Assembly (NCBI GenBank): GCA_964619725.1
Contig: CAZUFC010000008.1
Location: 61,941 to 125,940, forward strand
DNA length: 64,000 nt
Direction of reading: 5' to 3'
From: an uncultured bacterium
Lineage (GTDB): Bacteria; CSSED10-310; CAZUFC01
Shown: in pieces, positions 8,551 through 17,450 of the stretch
How positions within the stretch are numbered: the first letter of the stretch is position 1
How the letters are laid out: each line of letters opens with the position of its first letter
Made by a program: the position numbers and the translations under genes
Notes under the pieces: generated by a model
Told to the model about the DNA's origin: nothing
Database searches by the model: none
What the model saw: the letters and a program-made list of their open reading frames with translations, nothing else

Positions 8551-9806
8551 TCGAAAAAGGAATCAAGATGAAAGCTCATAGCGGCAAAAAAATGCTGGTC
8601 GTCGCTTCAACGTTTCCCCGCTGGAAGGACGATTCGCTCCCGCCCTTCGTATATGAACTGGCTAAGAGATTGGCGGAAAAATATGAAATTCACGTGCTTA
8701 CTCCCCATTATCCGGGTTCAAAGCGACGAGAAGTGATGGAAGGGTTGGAAGTGCATCGTTTCAAGTACTTTCCTGAGAAATACCAGATTCTCGCAGGCAG
8801 CGGCGGCATACTCCCGGCTTTGAAAAAAAACAGACTGCTGTATCTGGCGGTTCCTTTTTTCTTTGTATTCGAGTACCGGGCGCTGGTGCGACTGGCTGAA
8901 CAAATTAAACCTGACATTATTCACGCTCACTGGACCGTTCCCCAGGGACTGGTGTGCGCGGCGCTGAAAAAAATTAAAGGGCATCCGTATATGGTAACCG
9001 CGCACGGCGGAGATATTTACGGTTTGCGCGGCCGATTCTGGAAGAAATTTAAAAAATTGGCATTAAGGAATGCCCGAAAGGCTACCGTAGTCAGCAACGC
9101 ATTACGCCAGGAAATAATTGAAAATATCGATGAAAATTTGACGACGGACGTCATTTCCATGGGAGTGGACACGGAATTTTTTAATCCCGGCAAACGTAAT
9201 GAATCAATCAGAAACCGTTACGGCATAAAAGGACCGTTTCTCCTTTTCGTGGGTCGACTGGCCGAAAAGAAGGGCATACGTTACCTGATTGATGCCATGC
9301 CGGCGGTTATAAGTATTATTCCGGAAGTTAAACTTCTGATCGTAGGTTCCGGGACGTTGGAGCAAGAGTTGAAAGCCCTCGTCGACCACCATGATTTAGA
9401 CGAAAACGTTGTTTTCGCGGGTTCTCTCCCTAATCAGAAACTTCCTGAATTATACGCATCGGCCGACATTTTCATCGCGCCTTCCATCGAAGCGGAAGGC
9501 GGTGATAAAGAAGGCCTGCCGGTTACTCTTATGGAAGCTATGTCCTCCGGGTGCGTAGTAATAGCGACGGACCTGGAGGGTAACAGGGACCTGATCGATC
9601 AGGGTAAAAACGGTCTTCTGGTGAGACAGAAAAGCTCTGAAGACATCGCCGCAGCGATCATTGAAACTCTAAAAGATGAAAGTTCTTTCTCTAAAATAGG
9701 CAATCCGGCAAGAAAACGCGCCATCCGTCATTACGATTGGAACGTCATAGCGCAAAAATACGACGAAATCATCAAGGGCATGCTTGAACCACCCCCGACA
9801 CATTAA
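8547..9806 (+). CDS. Glycosyltransferase family 4 (GT-B)
   Basis: PDIIHAHW, TAHGGD, LFVGRLAEKKG, EGLPVTLMEAMSSG (EX7E) motifs; overlaps upstream stop; alternative start 8568. Confidence 0.93.
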   Translation: MIEKGIKMKAHSGKKMLVVASTFPRWKDDSLPPFVYELAKRLAEKYEIHVLTPHYPGSKRREVMEGLEVHRFKYFPEKYQILAGSGGILPALKKNRLLYLAVPFFFVFEYRALVRLAEQIKPDIIHAHWTVPQGLVCAALKKIKGHPYMVTAHGGDIYGLRGRFWKKFKKLALRNARKATVVSNALRQEIIENIDENLTTDVISMGVDTEFFNPGKRNESIRNRYGIKGPFLLFVGRLAEKKGIRYLIDAMPAVISIIPEVKLLIVGSGTLEQELKALVDHHDLDENVVFAGSLPNQKLPELYASADIFIAPSIEAEGGDKEGLPVTLMEAMSSGCVVIATDLEGNRDLIDQGKNGLLVRQKSSEDIAAAIIETLKDESSFSKIGNPARKRAIRHYDWNVIAQKYDEIIKGMLEPPPTH

Positions 9807-9851
9807 AAATTTCATCCCGACGCTGATTATACGTTGATGAAGCGCCGCCGG

Positions 9852-10151
9852 TTAATCCTTCTGTTTTTTCCTGAGCAGAGAAAGTCCTCCGAAACCGCTG
9901 ATTACAGCCATGTAGAAACCGAAATCATACCACCATCCGGAATTGTTCGGCTCATATATTCTGATGTCGTCGTTGAAGATTCCCCATATCAGGCATACGG
10001 GCGCTATCCAGCCGTGCCAGATGCCTGAAAAGAATCCGGCTTCACGTTCCGGACCGTAACGTCCGCCGCCTGGCGCACAAGATACCGCAAAAAGCATAGC
10101 CGCCAAAAGTAAAGCCAACGCCGGCGCTTTTGTGCCTTTGAAAACCTTCAT
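9852..10151 (-). CDS. Small conserved lipoprotein/membrane protein
   Basis: Lipobox-like AVSC after a hydrophobic stretch; AGFFSGIWHGWIAP...IYEPNNSGWWYDFGF motif typical of a widespread hypothetical family. Confidence 0.8.
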   Translation of the reverse strand: MKVFKGTKAPALALLLAAMLFAVSCAPGGGRYGPEREAGFFSGIWHGWIAPVCLIWGIFNDDIRIYEPNNSGWWYDFGFYMAVISGFGGLSLLRKKQKD

Positions 10152-10165
10152 TTTTTCACCTTTTC

Positions 10166-10351
10166 TTATTTTTTGACCAGAGTCTCACCGCAGCAGGAAA
10201 AAGTGCAGGGATCAGCCTTACCCTCTTCATGGCAGGCACAGTCCGCAGACGGCGTTCCATAATCTTTGCATTCCTTAACTACCTCAAGCTCGAGTCCGCA
10301 TTCCGGGCATACGTAAATATCGCCTTTTTTCATTTCGTGACACGTGATCAT
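10166..10351 (-). CDS. Small Cys-rich metal-binding protein, desulforedoxin-like
   Basis: GDIYVCPECGLELEV...SCCGETL (CxxC...CC) with a Cys/His-rich insertion; 9 Cys in 61 aa; AAGGAG RBS. Confidence 0.8.
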   Translation of the reverse strand: MITCHEMKKGDIYVCPECGLELEVVKECKDYGTPSADCACHEEGKADPCTFSCCGETLVKK

Positions 10352-10731
10352 ATTTTTTCTCCTTTCATTTGATTTCCGTGATTAAAAGCCGAAGAATCAA
10401 GGTAAATACGATTAGGATCATAATATAAAAATCCAGGCAAAGCAAATTGCCGGAGGAATTTTTACCTTCTACGGCATATTGGGCTTACTGAAATTTTGTT
10501 TTCGAGAATAAAGAGTGAAAACAAAACGTCGAATTTTTTATTTCGCCGGCAAGCGCCTGTCAAGAAACTCGATTTTCGATTCAAATTTTACTGTTGGACA
10601 TGCGCTGCGACTTTTTGATCCATAAACGAGCGAAGCGGAGAAAAGTTATGATAAACCATTTAAAGTCAATTACTTGTACCGCTGCTTTCATTTGTTTTTC
10701 AAAAAAACGCGATTTTACACAACGGATAATC

Positions 10732-10760
10732 TTGACGCACTGCTTCAAAAAGGATATTAT
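10732..10760 (+). promoter_or_regulatory. Sigma70-type promoter of the fad operon
   Basis: TTGACG-17 nt-TATTAT about 100 nt upstream of fadN. Confidence 0.7.
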
Positions 10761-10857
10761 AAGCTCATCGCTTTAATTACCGCAACTTAGCGGCGGTGAT
10801 TATACGGTAAAATCGTCGTAAACGGAAACGGACAACCAGAATGGAGGACATGGAATA

Positions 10858-13272
10858 ATGCCTTATAAGATCAAGAAAACAGCGGTATTAGGAGCTGGAG
10901 TAATGGGCGCATCGATAGCGGGGCATTTTGCGAATGCCGGTTATCCATGCATATTGCTTGACATTGTGCCTCCCCGGCTGACACCGGAGGATGAGAAGGC
11001 GGGATTAACGAAGGAGAGCCCGAAGTTCAGGAACAGGCTGGCAGAGCAGGGCAAGCAGGGAATGAAGAAGGCGAAGCCATCGCCGATATTTACGAAGAGC
11101 AAGCTTGATATGATCGAGACGGGGAATTTTGAGGATGATCTGTCCCGGTTGAAGGATGCTGATTTAGTGGTAGAAGCGATAATCGAGAACATGGAGATCA
11201 AGAAGAAGTTGTTTACGAATCTGGCGCCCAATTTATCACCGACGTGCATCTTGACGTCGAACACATCGGGATTATCGATAAACGATCTGGCGAAGACGTT
11301 GCCTGAGGAGTTACGGGGCCGTTTCTGCGGGACGCATTTTTTCAATCCTCCGCGTTACATGAAATTATTGGAAGTCATACCGGGTGAGGATACGGATTCC
11401 GAGGTATTATCGACATTGGTGAAGTTCGGGGAGTATGAATTGGGAAAGGGTATAGTGCATGCGAAGGACACGCCGAATTTCATAGCGAACCGGATCGGTG
11501 TATATGCCTTAATGCTTGTGATTCATAAGATGGCAGAGATGGGAATGACGGTTGAGGAAGTGGATGCATTGACGGGACGGCCGATCGGTCATCCGAAGAC
11601 GGCATCGTTCAGGACAGCCGACCTTGTAGGCCTCGACACGTTGTTGCACGTAGCGAATAACGTATACGAGGGACTAGTTGACGATCCTTACCGGGAAGTA
11701 TTCAAGGCGCCGCAATTTTTGAAGGAGATGGTAGAGAAGGGGCTGCTCGGAGGAAAAGCCGGCAAGGGCTTTTACAAGAAGATAAAGAGTCCCGAGGGCA
11801 AATCGATCATTTTGAGTCTGGATTACAACACGATGGAATATACGGAGCAGGGTAAGGCCTCATTCGGTTCGGTATCTCAGACGAAAGGCATGAGCGATGC
11901 GGGCGAGCGAATAAAGGCTATGATGTTTGCAGAGGACAAGGGAGGCGAATTCACGTGGAAGACGACGGCGCCGATGTTGAATTATGCGGCGTATTGCGTT
12001 CCCGAGATATCCGACGACATAGTGAACGTTGACAATGCGATGAAGTGGGGATTCAACTGGAAGCTGGGGCCTTTTGAAACGTTTGATGCGGTAGGAGTGG
12101 AGCAATGGGCCGAGAAGTGGACGGCGGAGGGCAATGAGTTGCCGTCGCTTGTGAAGTCATTGCTGGATTCCGGCAAGAAGACGTTTTATGAAAGGGAGAA
12201 GGGAGTCGAATATTTCTTTGATATAGGCAAGAAGGCTTACGAAAAGATCGATTATCCGCCGCAGTATATTGATCTGAGCGCCTTAAAGGAGCAGGGTCGC
12301 ACGATAAAGGAGAATGCTGGGGCGAGTTTGATCGACATAGGCGACGGTGTGGCGTGTCTGGAATTTCACACAAAGATGAATGCGATCGGCCCTGATATCA
12401 TCAACATGATGAAGGAGAGCGTAGAGGAAGTAGAGAATAACTGGGAAGGCATGGTCATAAGCAATCAGTCGTCGAATTTTTCAGTCGGAGCGAACCTTCA
12501 GTTGATATTAATGACCATTATGAATGAGGAATGGGATGAGCTGGAGTGGGTCGTGAAGAGTTTTCAGGAAGCGAACATGAGGTTGCGTTATTCTTCGAAG
12601 CCTGTTATCGCAGCGCCATTCGGTCTGACGTTGGGAGGCGGTTGCGAGGTGACTTTGGGGGCTGACGCGGTGCGTGCGGCTGCAGAGACATATATCGGGA
12701 TGGTTGAGTTGGGTGTTGGAGTGATACCTGCCGGCGGCGGCACCAAGGAGATGGTCCGGCGGCATGCTGCGATGGTGCCTGACAATCTGGCGGATGCCGA
12801 CATTTTCCCTTTCATTCGCCGCGGATTCGAGGCGATCGGCATGGCGAAGGTAGCGACAAGCGGCGAAGAAGCGCGAGAATTCGGTTTTTTCACGGACCGG
12901 GACGGCATAACCATGAACAAAGATTTTCTGATACATGATGCCAAGCAGATGGTTTTATCGATGGTGCGCGAGGGATACAGGGAACCCCGGCCGGCTGAAG
13001 ACATTCCTGTTTTGGGGAGTAAAGGGATAGCAGCGATAAAGGTTTTTCTGTTCGGGTTTCAGGACGGCAACTGGGCTTCAGCCTATGACGTTCACCTGGG
13101 CAACATGCTGGCGAAGGTGATATGCGGCGGCGACGTAGCTGCGGGAACCAGGGTCAGCGAACAGTATCTTCTGGAACTGGAAAGAGAGGTATTCCTCAGT
13201 TTATGCGGACAGAGGAAGACCCAGGAAAGAATGAAACATATGCTCGAAAAGGGCAAACCGTTGCGCAACTGA
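10858..13272 (+). CDS. fadN: 3-hydroxyacyl-CoA dehydrogenase / enoyl-CoA hydratase (FadN type)
   Basis: VLGAGVMG Rossmann motif, SNTSGL, GTHFFNPPRYMKLLE, C-terminal crotonase domain (NFSVGANL, LGGGCE), ends GKPLRN. Confidence 0.95.
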   Translation: MPYKIKKTAVLGAGVMGASIAGHFANAGYPCILLDIVPPRLTPEDEKAGLTKESPKFRNRLAEQGKQGMKKAKPSPIFTKSKLDMIETGNFEDDLSRLKDADLVVEAIIENMEIKKKLFTNLAPNLSPTCILTSNTSGLSINDLAKTLPEELRGRFCGTHFFNPPRYMKLLEVIPGEDTDSEVLSTLVKFGEYELGKGIVHAKDTPNFIANRIGVYALMLVIHKMAEMGMTVEEVDALTGRPIGHPKTASFRTADLVGLDTLLHVANNVYEGLVDDPYREVFKAPQFLKEMVEKGLLGGKAGKGFYKKIKSPEGKSIILSLDYNTMEYTEQGKASFGSVSQTKGMSDAGERIKAMMFAEDKGGEFTWKTTAPMLNYAAYCVPEISDDIVNVDNAMKWGFNWKLGPFETFDAVGVEQWAEKWTAEGNELPSLVKSLLDSGKKTFYEREKGVEYFFDIGKKAYEKIDYPPQYIDLSALKEQGRTIKENAGASLIDIGDGVACLEFHTKMNAIGPDIINMMKESVEEVENNWEGMVISNQSSNFSVGANLQLILMTIMNEEWDELEWVVKSFQEANMRLRYSSKPVIAAPFGLTLGGGCEVTLGADAVRAAAETYIGMVELGVGVIPAGGGTKEMVRRHAAMVPDNLADADIFPFIRRGFEAIGMAKVATSGEEAREFGFFTDRDGITMNKDFLIHDAKQMVLSMVREGYREPRPAEDIPVLGSKGIAAIKVFLFGFQDGNWASAYDVHLGNMLAKVICGGDVAAGTRVSEQYLLELEREVFLSLCGQRKTQERMKHMLEKGKPLRN

Positions 13273-13347
13273 TAATTCTAAAAAAAGTTTTTTTTGGTAA
13301 TAAACAAACTGAACCAATAAAGAAATCAATTTCAGGAGGAGATAAAG

Positions 13348-14526
13348 ATGCGTGATGCTTACGTAGTCGCTGCGGTAAGGACAGCGGTTGGAAAAGCGAA
13401 GAAGGGGACCTTAAAGGACTACCGGCCTGATGATATGGCGGCGACGGTCATAAAGGGAGCGCTGGAAAAGGTAGAGGGATTAAAGCCGGAACAAGTCGAC
13501 GATGTGATATTGGGATGTGCTATGCCTGAGGGAGAGCAGGGCATGAATGTGGGCCGGATAAGCGCTTTGGCGGCAGGCATGCCGGACAGCGTACCGGCCA
13601 TGACGGTCAATCGATTTTGTTCATCGGGATTGGAGACAGTATCCATAGGGATTCAAAAGATCATGTGCGGTTGGGCTGACGTGGTTCTGGCAGGCGGCAC
13701 GGAGACAATGTCTTTAATACCCATGGGCGGCAAGGGAGTTTCTCCTAATCCTTTTCTGGCGGAGAATCATCCGGAAACGTACCTGGGTATGGGACTGACT
13801 GCAGAGCGACTGGTTGAAAAATACGATATAAGCCGGGAAGAACAGGACGAATTTGCATACCACAGTCACCGAAAGGCGATAAAGGCTATCGACGACGGCT
13901 TGTTTGAAGAGGAGATCATTCCTCTTGAGGTTCCTGTAACTCATTTCGGAAAGAGAGGCAGGCCCTACCAGGAAAAGGTGATTTTCAAAGTAGACGAGGG
14001 ACCTCGCCGGGATACCAGCGTAGAAGGACTGGCGAAATTGAAGCCGGCATTCAAGATGGGCGGTACCGTTACGGCGGGAAATTCTTCACAGATGAGCGAC
14101 GGAGCGGCTATATTGGTTTTGATGTCGGGCGAAAAAGTGAAGGAATTGGGAGTAAAACCCGTGGCCAGGCTGTTGGCTTACACAGTAGCGGGAGTGCCTC
14201 CGGAAATAATGGGAATCGGTCCCGTGGAGGCGGTGCCCAAGGTGATGAAATTAACGGGATTAAGCATCGATCAGATGGACGTTATCGAATTGAACGAGGC
14301 TTTCGCAGCCCAATCGATATCCGTCATCAGGGAATTGAAATTACCTGAGGACAGAATCAACGTCAATGGAGGAGCCGTAGCTCTCGGACATCCTCTGGGG
14401 TGCACGGGCGCAAAAATAACCGCCACTATTCTGCAGGAGCTGAAAAGGCGCGGAGGAAAATACGGTCTGGTCACCATGTGCATAGGCGGCGGCATGGGCG
14501 CTGCCGGAATTTTCGAGATGATTTAA
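13348..14526 (+). CDS. fadA: Acetyl-CoA C-acyltransferase (3-ketoacyl-CoA thiolase)
   Basis: [26 protein letters not shown] thiolase motifs. Confidence 0.96.
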   Translation: MRDAYVVAAVRTAVGKAKKGTLKDYRPDDMAATVIKGALEKVEGLKPEQVDDVILGCAMPEGEQGMNVGRISALAAGMPDSVPAMTVNRFCSSGLETVSIGIQKIMCGWADVVLAGGTETMSLIPMGGKGVSPNPFLAENHPETYLGMGLTAERLVEKYDISREEQDEFAYHSHRKAIKAIDDGLFEEEIIPLEVPVTHFGKRGRPYQEKVIFKVDEGPRRDTSVEGLAKLKPAFKMGGTVTAGNSSQMSDGAAILVLMSGEKVKELGVKPVARLLAYTVAGVPPEIMGIGPVEAVPKVMKLTGLSIDQMDVIELNEAFAAQSISVIRELKLPEDRINVNGGAVALGHPLGCTGAKITATILQELKRRGGKYGLVTMCIGGGMGAAGIFEMI

Positions 14527-14702
14527 TACGGAAGTTCCTCCAGGTTGATTTATCGGCGAAGCGCTGTCCCGGAAGGGCGGCAGACCGTTCATAATCAATG
14601 GAGGATGTCCGTAGGGATCGTCGCAGCATTTTGGCGAAAAGTTTAAAAGCAATGCCGGCTGAAGAATTCTGGCGGAGAGACCGCCGGGATTCGAAGGCCG
14701 GC
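14527..14702 (+). other. Structured intergenic element: two long irregular hairpins between fadA and fadE
   Basis: 14527-14613 rod (TACGGA/TCCGTA, TCCTCCA/TGGAGGA, TTGATT/AATCAA, GGAA tetraloop); 14654-14702 stem with GAA/GAA internal loop; G-U pairs favour the + strand. Confidence 0.6.
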
Positions 14703-14754
14703 TGAAAATATTCGTCTGAAGCTTATTCGTCTTTTGTCGAAAGGGGATGTATTG

Positions 14755-16548
14755 ATGAGCAATGAAGAATATATAAAAGGAGGCAGTTTTCTGCTGCCGG
14801 ACAACTGGGAAGATGACCCTTTTATACCGGAAGATTTTACCGAAGAGCAGCTTATGATGGCAAAAACCACGGAAGATTTTATTGAAAAATCCGTGTTGCC
14901 GAAAATTGATCAAGTCGAAGCCAAGGAATTCGAAGTAACGAGGTCGCTGATACAGGAAGGGGGAGAGCTTGGTCTCCTGTCCATTGAAGTCCCGGAAAAA
15001 TACGACGGGCTTGATCTGGAAAAAACGACGGCCATGCTGGTCAATGAAAAGATTGCGCCTGCAGGCTCTTTTGTTCCGGCCTGGGGCGCCCATTCCGGCA
15101 TTGGAATGCTTCCCATAGTGTATTTCGGAACCGAGGAGCAAAAAAAGAAATACCTGGACAAACTGATGAGCGGCGAATGGATCGGATCATATACTCTGAC
15201 CGAGGCCAACGCGGGTTCGGATGCTCTTTCAGGAAAAGCGCATGCAGTTTTGTCCGAGGACGGCAAGCATTGGATACTCAACGGCGAAAAAAGTTTCATA
15301 ACCAACGCCGGCTTTGCGGACCTCTTTATCGTTTTTGCGAAGATAGACCGTGAGTATTTTTCAGCTTTTATCATTGAAAAGGACTTTGAAGGTTTTTCAC
15401 TCGGCGCTGAAGAAAAGAAAATGGGAATTAAGGGTTCGTCGACCCGCACGATCATAATGCAGGACCTGAAAATTCCTGTTGATAACCTTCTGGGAGAAAA
15501 AGGCAAGGGTCACATCATAGCCTTTAATATTTTGAACATAGGCCGGTTGAAGCTTGGCGCCGGCGCCATAGGCGGGTCCAAGGATGCCTTGAAAACAGCG
15601 GTGAATTACGCAATGGAGCGAGTTCAGTTCAAGAAGCCTATCGCCGAATTCGGAATGATCAGGGAAAAAATTGCGGATATGACCATCAAGTCGTTTGTGG
15701 GCGAAAGCATGGCGTATAGAACTGCGGGATTAATCGATAAACTGCTGTCCACGATAGACCCGGACGCGGCCGATGCTGAAAAGCAGAAAATCAAAGGCAT
15801 CGAAGAATACCAGGTGGAATGTTCGATTCTGAAAGTTTACGGAAGCGAGATTCTGGATTTTGTTGTTGACGAAACGTTGCAGATTCACGGCGGCTACGGA
15901 TATATAGAAGAATATCCTGCTGAAAAAATGTACAGGGATTCGAGAATCAACAGAATATATGAAGGCACGAATGAAATTAACCGCCTGGTCATCACGGGGC
16001 AACTGCTCCGGCGCGCCACCAAAGGGCTCGTGCCCCTGCTCCCGGCAGCTCAAAAAATCGTGAAAGAATTGACGGAGCTTCCGCCTTTGAGTTCGGGCGA
16101 AGAAGATGAGTTTATGGCGACCGAGAAAAAGATGGTCAACAACATGAAGAAAGTCGCGCTTATGACTGCCGGCCAGGCCGGGCAGAAATTCGGCAAAGAC
16201 ATTCTGAAGCATCAGATGGTCATGTCGGCCGGAGCTGACATCATTATGGAAAGCTTTGCAGCGGAAAGCGCGTTGCTGCGGGTACTTAAACTGAAAGAAA
16301 AGAATCATCCCAATGCGGACATAGCGGAAAAACTGACCCGGGCGTTTCTTTATGAAACCGTGGGAAGAGTTGAGATGCTGGGCAGAAAAATTATTGCTTC
16401 CCTTGAATCGGGCGATATGCTCAGAATCAATCTTTCCGCTTTGAAGCGATTCACCCGCCATACGCCGGTAGACGTGCTGGCTCTCAAGGATGAGATAGCA
16501 GGCATCGCCATAGAAAAGAAGGGATATCCTTTCAAATTCAGCGGATGA
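14755..16548 (+). CDS. fadE: Acyl-CoA dehydrogenase (long, Bacillus FadE type)
   Basis: YTLTEANAGSD, KMGIKGSST, LQIHGGYGY, YRDSRINRIYEGTNEINR; ATG 14755 follows AAGGGG. Confidence 0.94.
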   Translation: MSNEEYIKGGSFLLPDNWEDDPFIPEDFTEEQLMMAKTTEDFIEKSVLPKIDQVEAKEFEVTRSLIQEGGELGLLSIEVPEKYDGLDLEKTTAMLVNEKIAPAGSFVPAWGAHSGIGMLPIVYFGTEEQKKKYLDKLMSGEWIGSYTLTEANAGSDALSGKAHAVLSEDGKHWILNGEKSFITNAGFADLFIVFAKIDREYFSAFIIEKDFEGFSLGAEEKKMGIKGSSTRTIIMQDLKIPVDNLLGEKGKGHIIAFNILNIGRLKLGAGAIGGSKDALKTAVNYAMERVQFKKPIAEFGMIREKIADMTIKSFVGESMAYRTAGLIDKLLSTIDPDAADAEKQKIKGIEEYQVECSILKVYGSEILDFVVDETLQIHGGYGYIEEYPAEKMYRDSRINRIYEGTNEINRLVITGQLLRRATKGLVPLLPAAQKIVKELTELPPLSSGEEDEFMATEKKMVNNMKKVALMTAGQAGQKFGKDILKHQMVMSAGADIIMESFAAESALLRVLKLKEKNHPNADIAEKLTRAFLYETVGRVEMLGRKIIASLESGDMLRINLSALKRFTRHTPVDVLALKDEIAGIAIEKKGYPFKFSG

Positions 16549-16594
16549 TGATTAGAAAACTTGTATCGCCTGCTTCCGCAGGCTGATGATTGAT

Positions 16595-16640
16595 TACCGG
16601 ATGCCGGAAGGCATTTGACAAAAGCTTCCGGCATCCGGTA
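16595..16640. repeat. Perfect 16-bp inverted repeat downstream of the fad operon (terminator/stabiliser or operator)
   Basis: TACCGGATGCCGGAAG-N14-CTTCCGGCATCCGGTA; the loop contains TTGACA. Confidence 0.75.
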
Positions 16641-16740
16641 TCTATTATTCGGGTATGAGGGCGGTCGGAGATTGACCGGAGCATAACCGTCACTTTGAAC
16701 GTCCTTCCGGCACGAATGAACGAAAAGCAAATCCGGGACT

Positions 16741-17259
16741 ATGATAGCTCAGTTAAAAGAAAGACTTATCTACATTGACGGCTTCAATGTGATGAAGAAT
16801 CTGCCTCAATTGACGGGCGTAAAATTCCGTCGAGGTCGGAAAGATTTCCTGGCTTACGTTAAAAAGCATCGTGCGGAATTAATGATGACAGGGAATATTT
16901 TCATAGTGTTTGACGGGGATGAAAGGGGCGGGCCGAAAGCGACCAGCAAATCAAGTAATATCCGCGTTATATATTCGGGATACGAGACTGCGGACGACTG
17001 GATACTCAGGCAGCTTGAAAAGCGAGCCGGAAACGCCAGAATAACTGTGGTAACGGACGACCAGGAGCTTTCCGATCGTGTTCAAGTTCATAAAGCCAGG
17101 GCTGTGAAAGCCGCTTTATTCTTCAACGAACTTCTTCCGGCGTCCAAAAGGAGCCAGGAGGAGGCCGAGGCCCGGAAGTTGACGGTTCAAAAAAAAGAAG
17201 AAATAACGGAAGAACTGATGGACTTATGGTGCGGGGATACGGAAGAGGAAGAATGGTGA
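16741..17259 (+). CDS. NYN domain (YacP/Rae1-like) PIN-fold ribonuclease
   Basis: IYIDGFNV, IVFDG, ETADDWI, VVTDDQEL acidic catalytic motifs. Confidence 0.88.
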   Translation: MIAQLKERLIYIDGFNVMKNLPQLTGVKFRRGRKDFLAYVKKHRAELMMTGNIFIVFDGDERGGPKATSKSSNIRVIYSGYETADDWILRQLEKRAGNARITVVTDDQELSDRVQVHKARAVKAALFFNELLPASKRSQEEAEARKLTVQKKEEITEELMDLWCGDTEEEEW

Positions 17260-17450
17260 CGGCGGGGCAGTCCATGGATTTTTCGTTTCCGATTCGAATG
17301 ACGGGCTTCGGAAAATTGCGAAAGTATTTTCAGGGGAAACCGGGAAGCGTCCGGGCATGAATCAATGGGTGAAGGCAGCAGTCTGTTGAGGCAGCAGAAG
17401 AAGATGAACCGCCTGTTTGTTATAAGCTCTAAAAGAAAAAGAGAGCGCTA

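Noticed and set aside
14560-14590. CCC-GGAA-GGG hairpin resembling SRP (4.5S) RNA domain IV
   Set aside because: Lacks the conserved CAGG/AGCA symmetric loop; kept only as a generic structured element
10858-16548. fadN-fadA-fadE operon as a novelty
   Set aside because: Well-known, widespread beta-oxidation arrangement
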